Of a DNA stretch of 64,000 bases, positions 55,536 to 63,782 are shown one piece after another (position 1 is the first letter of the stretch; every line of letters starts with the position of its first letter). Source of the DNA: an uncultured bacterium (lineage in GTDB: Bacteria > Abyssobacteria > SURF-5); contig CAYVQZ010000003.1 of the NCBI GenBank assembly GCA_964453435.1, forward strand, positions 24,690 through 88,689. The letters are read 5' to 3'. The translations under genes were made by a program, and so were the position numbers. The notes under the pieces are model-generated. The model saw nothing but the letters and a program-made list of their open reading frames with translations. It did not search any database and had not been told where the DNA came from.

Positions 55536-56803
55536 GTGGTGATTCCATGGATTCCGGTTCCGCATACACCGAAGCCGTCAACACGGGTCAGTACCAGAAA
55601 GACCAGGGCCTGGTTAAAAAGTACGACAACGTCCGCATCTACTGGGAAGATGAAATAACGCGACATTTTGTTCGCCCGCACATCGAGCGGATGACGATGG
55701 AAAAAGAGCAGCGCCTCGAGCGGTTGCGGATTCTCGATTTGGGATGCGGCAGCGGTGACGGGTTCGAGTTGCTCAAAGGCGTTCGCCGGAAAGACAACAA
55801 TCTCACGACACAGGAGATCTACGCCATCAACGGCGAAGACCTCGGCCTCTATCTCGGGTTGGACAACAATGCGGCCCTTATTGAACAGGCAAAACAGGTC
55901 CACGGGAGTAATCGCAAGCTCGACTTCGTTCAGGGCGACTTCTCAGAACTCACGAAAACCGTGAAGGATTACGGACCCTTCGACCTTTTCTTCAGCTCGT
56001 ACGGAACGATGTCTCATTGCACTGATGAACAGTTTGTCGAGCTAATGGTACAGATCGCCGAACTGTGCGGAGACTATGGGCTGGTCGTGTGCGATTGGCT
56101 CGGGCGCTACGTGTACGCGTGGCAGAACCTGTGGGACAGCGACCTTTCGCAAAGCCAATTCATGGATTACCGTATTTCCTATATCTACCCGGATGACATG
56201 AGGGACAAACTGCAAATAGAGAGTTTCCCGCTCAAGCTCATGAGCCCCGATGAGGTCCACCGGCTTATCGAGAAGGCAAACGAGAAAGCGGAAAAGCAAT
56301 TCGACCTGCTCAGGCTTGCGGACCGCTCCATCTTTGTCAGTCGCCATATGGACACCGGCGACTATAACAGTAGCTGCCAGCCGATACGGCGCCGCGTTAA
56401 TTCGCTGCATGAAGACTTTCTCCGCACGCCGCTCGAACAATTGATTATCGACTATTATCCAAAGCCCGGATTCGCCGAGGTCAACTCCTACCTCGAACGG
56501 CTTCAAATAAGCTGGAACACGCTGGTGAAATACACGATGTTTCTTTTGGACAATTACGACCGCGACACCGAGACGTTTCGAGAGGACAAACCCCTTTCCG
56601 GCGATTACCCCCGGGTGCTCGCGAAAAATATGCAGGAAATGAAAAAGGTAATCCAGGGCACCGGATGGATACAGACCGGCGACGTGAGGGCGAACATCAT
56701 CGAGCCGCAGCTTGGCTATGCTCTCAGGCAGCTCGAGATCGAGTTGCAGGAAGGACTGGGTGTGGGCCATGGCCTGGTTGCGATACTGGAAGTCCACAAG
56801 TAA
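55532..56803 (+). CDS. Large class I SAM-dependent methyltransferase-like protein (423 aa), function unknown
   Basis: The ATG at 55532 overlaps the MttB-2 stop (ATGA). Motif I is LRILDLGCGSGDGFELL, post-I is LGLDNN, motif II is DFVQGDF, and motif III is FDLFFSSYGTMSHC. The ~200 aa C-terminal region is not recognised. The track ORF start at 55028 lies inside MttB-2 and is rejected. Confidence 0.75.
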   Translation: MSGDSMDSGSAYTEAVNTGQYQKDQGLVKKYDNVRIYWEDEITRHFVRPHIERMTMEKEQRLERLRILDLGCGSGDGFELLKGVRRKDNNLTTQEIYAINGEDLGLYLGLDNNAALIEQAKQVHGSNRKLDFVQGDFSELTKTVKDYGPFDLFFSSYGTMSHCTDEQFVELMVQIAELCGDYGLVVCDWLGRYVYAWQNLWDSDLSQSQFMDYRISYIYPDDMRDKLQIESFPLKLMSPDEVHRLIEKANEKAEKQFDLLRLADRSIFVSRHMDTGDYNSSCQPIRRRVNSLHEDFLRTPLEQLIIDYYPKPGFAEVNSYLERLQISWNTLVKYTMFLLDNYDRDTETFREDKPLSGDYPRVLAKNMQEMKKVIQGTGWIQTGDVRANIIEPQLGYALRQLEIELQEGLGVGHGLVAILEVHK

Positions 56804-56818
56804 CCCCTTTTTCCATTC

Positions 56819-57985
56819 ATGATAGAACTGAAAGACGTTTCAAAGGTCTATCCTGACAATCAGCCCGCCGTAAAGAACTTCTCTCTCACCGTGGCAGACG
56901 GAGAGACCGTCGTTCTCATCGGCTCGAGCGGATGCGGGAAGACAACGACACTGAAAATGATCAACAGGCTCATCGAGCCCACCTCCGGCGAGATATATAT
57001 CAACGCAGAAAACATACTCAAGCTGAGCCCCGTTGCCCTGCGTCGCGACATCGGTTACGTCATCCAGCAGATCGGACTGTTCCCGCACATGACAATCAGA
57101 GAAAACGTCGAAATCGTGCCATCCCTTCTGGGCTGGCCGGAAGACCGCCGCCGCAGCCGCTCCCACGAGTTGATGAGCCTTGTGGGCCTGGCGCCCGACG
57201 TGTACTCCGACCGCTTCCCCCATGAGTTAAGTGGCGGACAGCAGCAACGGGTGGGGGTCGCCAGGGCGCTTGCGGCCGACCCGCCGACTCTCCTGATGGA
57301 CGAGCCGTTCGGCGCGCTGGACCCGATCACCCGGCGCGACATCCAGGAGGAATTTCAAACTCTGAAACGGGAAATCAAAAAGACAATCGTCTTTGTCACT
57401 CACGACATTATTGAAGCGGTGACTCTCGGAGACCGAATCGCGGTCATGAATAAGGGGAAATTGATTCAGTTGGGGTCCGCACACGAAATACTGTCTCATC
57501 CCGCCAATCCGATGGTCGAAAAAATCATCGGCCACCAGCGGTTTCAGCTCACCTTGAGCTCGGAGAACATCGAGACAGCGGCGGACACCGACATCGCGAC
57601 GGTCTCGGCAAAATTCCTTGAAAAACCGGTGGAAGACGCGCGTAATCTTATGAGAAAACGCCGGACCGGGATATTGCCCGTAGTTGACGAACAAGAACGG
57701 GTAGTCGGTGTGTTGACGGATGAACGCTTGTCGCGCGCGAATGAGAACGAAACCCTCAACGAGGTGATTCAGCCGCCTCCGCACACAATCGATAGCGACA
57801 CCAGCCTCCTTACGGCGCTCAATCTGATGATTGAAAAAGACGTGCAGATGTCCGTGCTGGTAAACAGGGATGGAAAGTTCGGGGGAATTCTGTCACGAAA
57901 GAGCCTGCTCGGAACAATCGCAAACTTATTCGATGCCGAGGGCTCGGACAGCGCCAAAACGAAGAGAGTTACGGGGAAACCATGA
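56819..57985 (+). CDS. Osmoprotectant (betaine/choline/carnitine-type) ABC transporter ATP-binding protein with C-terminal tandem CBS domains
   Basis: Walker A is GSSGCGKTT, signature is LSGGQQQRV, and Walker B is LLMDEPFGALD. The ~130 aa C-terminal CBS-like region has ILPVVDEQERVVGVLTDE and VLVNRDGKFGGILSR. Confidence 0.9.
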   Translation: MIELKDVSKVYPDNQPAVKNFSLTVADGETVVLIGSSGCGKTTTLKMINRLIEPTSGEIYINAENILKLSPVALRRDIGYVIQQIGLFPHMTIRENVEIVPSLLGWPEDRRRSRSHELMSLVGLAPDVYSDRFPHELSGGQQQRVGVARALAADPPTLLMDEPFGALDPITRRDIQEEFQTLKREIKKTIVFVTHDIIEAVTLGDRIAVMNKGKLIQLGSAHEILSHPANPMVEKIIGHQRFQLTLSSENIETAADTDIATVSAKFLEKPVEDARNLMRKRRTGILPVVDEQERVVGVLTDERLSRANENETLNEVIQPPPHTIDSDTSLLTALNLMIEKDVQMSVLVNRDGKFGGILSRKSLLGTIANLFDAEGSDSAKTKRVTGKP

Positions 57986-59523
57986 CCGAGTATTTCGAGT
58001 TTTTTCTATCCCGTTCGCCGGAAATCGCCTGGCTCACGGTCGAGCACATACGGATAACCCTGGTCTCGGTGGCGCTGGCGGTGCTGCTCGGCGTGCCGAC
58101 CGGAATCATCCTCGTGAGAATCCGGCGGCTGGCCACGCCTGTCATTGGGGCGACGAGCGTAATCCAGACGATTCCGAGCCTCGCCCTTCTCGGTTTCATG
58201 ATTCCCTTGCTCGGAATCGGCGTCAAACCGGCCATCGTGGCGCTGTTTCTTTACGCTCTGCTGCCAATAGTCAGAAACACATATACGGGGGTCGACCAGG
58301 TGGACCCGGCGCTGATAGAGGCCGGCATCGGGATGGGAATGACGAACCGTCAAATGCTGCGGAGGGTGCAAATTCCGCTTTCATTGCCCGTGATAATGGC
58401 GGGAGTCAGAACCTCGACAGTCATCAATGTGGGCGTAGCCACGCTGTGCGCGCTCATCGGCGCCGGCGGGCTTGGCGAGCTTATCTTCCGCGGAATCGCG
58501 ATGGTGAACAGCCAGATGATTATTGCGGGAGCCCTGCCGGCCGCCCTCTTGGCGCTCGTTTTCGACGGAGTACTCGGACTCATCGAGAAAGGGCTCATGG
58601 CGAGGAAACGCTTTTCGCCGAAGCTCCTGGCGGGTGTCGGTTTCTCGAGCTTGCTCTTCCTCGCGGCTCTTATCCCGTCCGAGTACGCGAAAAAAGATGC
58701 GCGGAAAATCACAATCGGGTCCAAGGAATTCACCGAACAAATTATCCTGGGTGAGATCATGGCCCAGTTGATTGAATCAAACACCGACGTGTCCGTGACC
58801 AGAAAGTTCGGACTGGGCGGCACTATGGTCTGTTTCAACGCCTTGACAAATGGCGACATCGACGTGTATCCCGAATACACCGGCACCGGCTTGACGGCGA
58901 TCCTGGCCCGGCAGGCAATCTCGGACCCGAAAGAGGTGTTTCGTATCGTAAGCGAGGAGTTCGAGCGCGAATACAACCTGGTCTGGCTGAGTCCGTTCGG
59001 TTTTAACAACACGTATGCGCTCGCCATGAGAGAACAACACGCCGAAAAGCTCGGAATCGAGAAAATAAGCGATTTGGCCGGGCATGGGCAAAGACTGCGG
59101 CCGGGCTTCACCCAGGAATTCCTCGAACGGCCCGACGGGTATCCGGGCCTCAGGCGGCATTACGGTCTGGCCTTCGCCCGCGAACCCAAGGGAATGGACC
59201 CCGGAATCATGTATATCGCGCTCAGGGAAAGAGATGTCGATCTTATTTGTGCATTCGCCACGGACGGGCGCATTCCGGCTTTCAACTTGCGGGTTCTCGA
59301 GGATGACAAGCACTATTTTCCTCCGTATTATGCAGCCCCCCTCGTGCGCGGGGAGACGCTTGCTCGCATCCCCGAACTGAGCGGCGTTTTGGGCAAGCTG
59401 GCCGGCCTCATCGACGACGCAAAGATGGCCGAACTGAATTATGAGGTGGACGAGCAGGGACGGTCGCCCGAGGCGGTCGCTTCCGCCTTTCTCCAAGAGG
59501 CGGGGTTGACCACAAACGGATGA
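57982..59523 (+). CDS. Osmoprotectant ABC transporter, fused permease and substrate-binding protein (OpuB/C/F-type)
   Basis: The N-terminal ~210 aa permease has IQTIPSLALLGFMIPLLGIG and EAGIGMGMT. The C-terminal OpuAC-like binding domain has ITIGSKEFTEQIILGEI and DIDVYPEYTGTGL. The start overlaps the ATPase stop (ATGA). Confidence 0.9.
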   Translation: MTEYFEFFLSRSPEIAWLTVEHIRITLVSVALAVLLGVPTGIILVRIRRLATPVIGATSVIQTIPSLALLGFMIPLLGIGVKPAIVALFLYALLPIVRNTYTGVDQVDPALIEAGIGMGMTNRQMLRRVQIPLSLPVIMAGVRTSTVINVGVATLCALIGAGGLGELIFRGIAMVNSQMIIAGALPAALLALVFDGVLGLIEKGLMARKRFSPKLLAGVGFSSLLFLAALIPSEYAKKDARKITIGSKEFTEQIILGEIMAQLIESNTDVSVTRKFGLGGTMVCFNALTNGDIDVYPEYTGTGLTAILARQAISDPKEVFRIVSEEFEREYNLVWLSPFGFNNTYALAMREQHAEKLGIEKISDLAGHGQRLRPGFTQEFLERPDGYPGLRRHYGLAFAREPKGMDPGIMYIALRERDVDLICAFATDGRIPAFNLRVLEDDKHYFPPYYAAPLVRGETLARIPELSGVLGKLAGLIDDAKMAELNYEVDEQGRSPEAVASAFLQEAGLTTNG

Positions 59524-59554
59524 ACGGTGAACGTACTTTGCAGACGGAAAGGAG

Positions 59555-61051
59555 TTGCAGATGAGCGGCATCATAGCGATATATGGTCCCGACGCGGAGA
59601 ACGAGAAGGAACTCGCCGAAGAAATGCTTTCGAGAATAAGGCATCGCGGGCCGAGTTTCGCCAATATCTTTTCTGACACCGGCGTAATCCTGGGTTTTGT
59701 GGGAAAAGGAACGCCTTCGGAATCCTCCGGTTTGCCGTATCGGGACAAGAACGGCTCTCAGGCGGTTACATGTGACGCCGAGATATACAATGCCGACACG
59801 CTTCTGTCGGCCTCGCAAACGGATGCGTCCTTCGAAGCCAACAGCGCACGGGCAATCGTGAATGCGTATAAGCAGGACGGCGAAACCTTTGTGAGGAATC
59901 TCGACGGCCAGTTCAGTTTCGTCCTTTTCGACAACGGCGACCTTGTCGCGGCGCGGGACCCTCTCGGTGTCATTCCCCTTTATACTGCTGAACGAGACGG
60001 ACTGAAATTATTCTCATCGGAACTGAAATGCCTGAGCGGGCTGGCATCGAACATACAAGAATTTCCCCCGGGAAGGCTATTCCATTCCCGGTCGGGTTTC
60101 CGCCGATATTGCAGCCTGGAGCCGGAAATCTCGGAGAATCAATCCGTTGATTCGCTGTGCGCACAATTGAGGGAGTTGCTCGAGGTTGCGGTTCGAAAGC
60201 GGCTGGAGTGCTGCGACAAGAAAAAAGGAGTGTTCTTGAGCGGAGGGGTGGACAGCAGCGTTATCGCGGCGGTGGTGAGCAAGTTCCTGCCGGGAGTCGA
60301 TTCCTTCACCGTCGGCATGGAGAACGGCGAAGATGTTCCGAATGCCCGACTCGTGGCAAAGCATTTGGGGACGAATTCCCATGTACATATTTTTGAGATC
60401 GCTGAGGTTCTCGAAGTCCTTCCGAAGGTACTATATCACCTCGAATCGTTCGACGCGCCGCTGGTGCGCAGCGCGACCGCAAACTACATAGCGAGTGGTA
60501 TGGCGTCACAGGTTGTCGACACGATATTAATCGGGGAAGGCGGAGATGAGAACTTCGGAGGGTACCATCATGTGAAAAGGTTCAAATCGCCCGAAGAACA
60601 GCAGAAAGAGTTCATAAACCTTATGTTGGCTCTTCACAACATGGGCTTCATGAGAACCGACCGAATGAACTGGGCGCATTCCTTAAATGTGAGAGCACCG
60701 TTTTTCGACTCGGCGGTCGTGAACCTGGCCATGAGCATTCATCCCAAGCTGAAACTGTACGGTGATGAACAAATCGAGAAATGGATTTTGCGGAAAGCGT
60801 TCGAAGACTATCTTCCCGAGGAGGTCGTCTGGCGTCCCAAGAAGCAGTTTGCGCGCGGCTCCGGCTCCGATGACCTTCTCACGCGACATGCGGAAAGCGA
60901 AATCAGCGATTCGGACTTCGACAATGGCAAAAGACGTTACCCCGACATCGAGTTCCGCTGGAAAGAGGAATGGTGGTACTTCACGATTTTCAGGGAGCGC
61001 TTCGGCGACGACCCCTCAACGCTGTCCACGGTGGGCCGCTGGTACGAGTAG
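59555..61051 (+). CDS. Asparagine-synthetase-B-like protein lacking the N-terminal Cys nucleophile (Ser2)
   Basis: A strong RBS (AAAGGAG) lies 6 nt before the ATG. The N-terminus is MSGIIAIYG instead of MCG. The PP-loop VFLSGGVDSSVIAAV is intact. Length is 498 aa. Confidence 0.85.
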   Translation: MQMSGIIAIYGPDAENEKELAEEMLSRIRHRGPSFANIFSDTGVILGFVGKGTPSESSGLPYRDKNGSQAVTCDAEIYNADTLLSASQTDASFEANSARAIVNAYKQDGETFVRNLDGQFSFVLFDNGDLVAARDPLGVIPLYTAERDGLKLFSSELKCLSGLASNIQEFPPGRLFHSRSGFRRYCSLEPEISENQSVDSLCAQLRELLEVAVRKRLECCDKKKGVFLSGGVDSSVIAAVVSKFLPGVDSFTVGMENGEDVPNARLVAKHLGTNSHVHIFEIAEVLEVLPKVLYHLESFDAPLVRSATANYIASGMASQVVDTILIGEGGDENFGGYHHVKRFKSPEEQQKEFINLMLALHNMGFMRTDRMNWAHSLNVRAPFFDSAVVNLAMSIHPKLKLYGDEQIEKWILRKAFEDYLPEEVVWRPKKQFARGSGSDDLLTRHAESEISDSDFDNGKRRYPDIEFRWKEEWWYFTIFRERFGDDPSTLSTVGRWYE

Positions 61052-61204
61052 CATGTGGCCGGTGGGCGCAGCATGAGTGGCAACGAGAGTGTTCAAATCG
61101 TCGCGACAAGAATTCATCATAATCACGAATCATAAATACGGCAGGCCGCGCCGACAGTTGACGGAGGGGCCCGCAGTTCGCCGATTGGAAAGGAGCATCG
61201 AACA

Positions 61205-62686
61205 GTGTGTGGAATAGCAGGAGTATGGGGCGAAGAGAATCCTTATCTTGTCCGGAAAATGTTGTCGAAGCTCACGCACCGGGGCCCGGACGATGAGGGA
61301 ATACATTGCGACCACAACATCACGCTCGGGCACACCCGGTTGTCGATTATCGATGTTCAGAGGGGACGCCAGCCCTTGTTCAACGAAGACAAGAGTATCG
61401 TTCTGGTCTGCAACGGCGAGATATACAATCACAATGCCCTCCGCAACGAATTGGCGCACCACACGTTTCAAACGCGCAGCGACTCCGAAGTGATACTCCA
61501 CCTGTACGAGGACCTGGGTCCCGCGTGCGTTGAAAAACTGGACGGCATGTTCAGTTTCGTGCTCTGCGACGGCGCCGACATGATGGTTGCGCGCGATCCT
61601 CTCGGCATCAAGCCGCTCTACTACAGCGAGCATCTCGGCCGGTGGTATTTCGCTTCGGAAATCAAGGCTGTGATGGGGCTTGTCGAGGATATTGCGGAAT
61701 TCCCGAACGGTCACTATTACTATTCTCCTTCCGGTTTCCACAGGTACTATTCATTGCCGCGCCACCCACCGAAAATCGCCGATGTCGATGAGGCCGTTGT
61801 CGGCGTGAGAAAACTGTTTGAGAAGGCGGTCGTCAAGCGACTCATGGCGGATGTTCCGCTGGGAGTCTTGCTGAGCGGCGGATTAGACAGCAGCCTGGTG
61901 AGCGCCGTCGCCTCGAAACACAAGAAGAATATGAATTCTTTCAGCGTAGGCGTTGAAGGAAGCGCCGACATCGAGGCCGCCCGGCTCATGGCCGACTTTC
62001 TGGATGTCAACCATCATGAATATGTCTACACGATAGACGAGATGCTCGATATCCTGCCGACCGTCATCTATTATCTCGAATCGTACGACGCGCCGCTGGT
62101 GCGAAGCGCGATACCCACGTATTTCGTGTCGAGACTCGCGCGTCGGTATGTGAAGGTCATTCTCAGCGGCGAGGGCTCGGACGAACTGTTCAGCGGATAC
62201 CACTATTACAAGAAGTGTCCGGAAGATTTGCTTCATGACGAACTCGTGCGGAGCGTTGACGGTTTGCACAATATCAATCTGCAGCGCCTGGACCGCCTGT
62301 CCATGGCTCACTCGCTAGAAGCGCGCGTGCCGTTTCTCGACATCGACTTCGTGGAATATGCGTTGCAGCTCAGCGCTTCCTTGAAGATCGACCGGCAAAC
62401 CGGTACCGAGAAATGGATTCTGAGAAAAGCCTTCGAGGGGGTGCTTCCCGATGAGATCGTGTGGAGAGTGAAGACACAATTCGCGAAGGGCTGCGGCTCC
62501 GCCGGGCTGATTGAAAATCATGTGGAAAACCTTATTTCTGACAGGGAATACCGGGAAACGCTCGAGATGGACCCGCATTGCCGCGCGCGTTCCAAGGAAG
62601 AGTTGTTCTACTACCGAATGTTCAAGGAACACTTCGGCAACGAAAGTGTGGTAAAATCGGTCGGCCGTTGGGAAGAGATTTATTAG
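61205..62686 (+). CDS. Asparagine synthetase B-like glutamine amidotransferase (canonical Cys nucleophile)
   Basis: GTG start followed by CGIAGVWG. The PP-loop is VLLSGGLDSSLVSAV. It is a collinear paralogue of 59555..61051. Confidence 0.85.
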   Translation: MCGIAGVWGEENPYLVRKMLSKLTHRGPDDEGIHCDHNITLGHTRLSIIDVQRGRQPLFNEDKSIVLVCNGEIYNHNALRNELAHHTFQTRSDSEVILHLYEDLGPACVEKLDGMFSFVLCDGADMMVARDPLGIKPLYYSEHLGRWYFASEIKAVMGLVEDIAEFPNGHYYYSPSGFHRYYSLPRHPPKIADVDEAVVGVRKLFEKAVVKRLMADVPLGVLLSGGLDSSLVSAVASKHKKNMNSFSVGVEGSADIEAARLMADFLDVNHHEYVYTIDEMLDILPTVIYYLESYDAPLVRSAIPTYFVSRLARRYVKVILSGEGSDELFSGYHYYKKCPEDLLHDELVRSVDGLHNINLQRLDRLSMAHSLEARVPFLDIDFVEYALQLSASLKIDRQTGTEKWILRKAFEGVLPDEIVWRVKTQFAKGCGSAGLIENHVENLISDREYRETLEMDPHCRARSKEELFYYRMFKEHFGNESVVKSVGRWEEIY

Positions 62687-62738
62687 CTTTTAACATGGCC
62701 TTTCGAGCGGATGTCCGCACCCCGAATGATAGACGTCA

Positions 62739-63638
62739 GTGATTGAATCTCACATTATGGCTTACATCGTCATTGTATCCGCTGTCGGCGTCATCGTGAT
62801 TTGGTGGCTGCGCCGAACCATAACCATGGTCGAGGAGCAGCGGCGGAAGCGACTGCAAACGCTGAATCGCTTCGACGCAGCCGTGCACACGGAATCTCCG
62901 CATGAGAATCCCCTCATCCAGGCGCGCAAGCTGGCGCTCGAAAGCCTCAGCAGCCGCTTCAGTATTCTCAGGCGTTTGCTCATTCCGGCGGTCTTCCTGC
63001 TCTGGCTCGTCGCGCTCGCTTACCCCTTCCTCGGGAACGTGCCTGCAAACGTCGTGTCGCTCATGGTGGCGGCCGCCACGGTGATCGTCGGTATCGCCGC
63101 GAAACCCTATGTCGAGAATCTTATCTCCGGAATCGTCATATCGTTTTCGCGCCTTGTGCGCATCGGCGACACCCTGCTGATTGATGGCAATTATGGAACC
63201 GTCGAAGACATCACCATCACGCACACGCTCGTGAAGATATGGGACTGGAGACGGTACATCATTCCGAACTCGCGCATGCTCGAAAAAGAATTCATCAATT
63301 ACTCCATCGTCGACACATACCAGTGGGCGTACGTCGAGTTCTGGGTGGATCATGACGCGGACATCGAGCGGGTCCGGGAGATTGCCGTACGGGCCGCGTC
63401 CTCGAGCGACCATTTCGCAAATTATGAGGCTCCCCGGTTCTGGCTCATGGAGATGGGCAAAGAGGGAATAAAGTGCTGGGTGGCGGCATGGGCGCAATCG
63501 CCCGCAGACGCCTGGCTGCTCAAAAACGAGATTCGCACCGAACTGGTTCGAGAATTGGCACAGGCCGGAATTCGGACCCATACCTATCGGATAGATGGCT
63601 TGGAGGCTTTGAAGGACACTATGGAACCGCGGAAGTGA
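62739..63638 (+). CDS. Mechanosensitive ion channel, small MscS family
   Basis: GIAAKPYVENLISGIVISFSRLVRIGDTLLIDGNYGTVEDITITHTLVKIWDWRRYIIPNS. Length is 299 aa with N-terminal TM segments. Confidence 0.9.
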   Translation: MIESHIMAYIVIVSAVGVIVIWWLRRTITMVEEQRRKRLQTLNRFDAAVHTESPHENPLIQARKLALESLSSRFSILRRLLIPAVFLLWLVALAYPFLGNVPANVVSLMVAAATVIVGIAAKPYVENLISGIVISFSRLVRIGDTLLIDGNYGTVEDITITHTLVKIWDWRRYIIPNSRMLEKEFINYSIVDTYQWAYVEFWVDHDADIERVREIAVRAASSSDHFANYEAPRFWLMEMGKEGIKCWVAAWAQSPADAWLLKNEIRTELVRELAQAGIRTHTYRIDGLEALKDTMEPRK

Positions 63639-63640
63639 CC

Positions 63641-63782
63641 GTGAATCTGTCCGACAATTATGAATGTCAGCGAAAACGAGCGCAGGGTGCTGTACCCAAT
63701 TTCGGAATCGCCCCGTCCTTCAGCGTAGGGGACTGTCCCGGATTTACGGGCACGAAGGCGCCGTAGAATCGGGACTGTCCCC
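63641..63782 (+). repeat. Conserved intergenic element, copy B, plus an extra GAATCG-GGGACTGTCCCC box
   Basis: It starts 2 nt after the MscS stop. It aligns with 19350..19447. It contains the perfect palindrome GGGAC-T-GTCCC twice (63729-63739 and 63771-63781). Confidence 0.6.

Noticed and set aside
56042-63581. Minus-strand ORFs 56042..56797, 58350..59111, 58777..59748, 61130..61741 and 62736..63581
   Set aside because: All are antisense to confidently assigned plus-strand genes (the SAM-methyltransferase, the ABC permease-SBP, the first few codons of the AsnB-like gene at 59555, the AsnB-like gene at 61205, and MscS). None has a recognisable motif.
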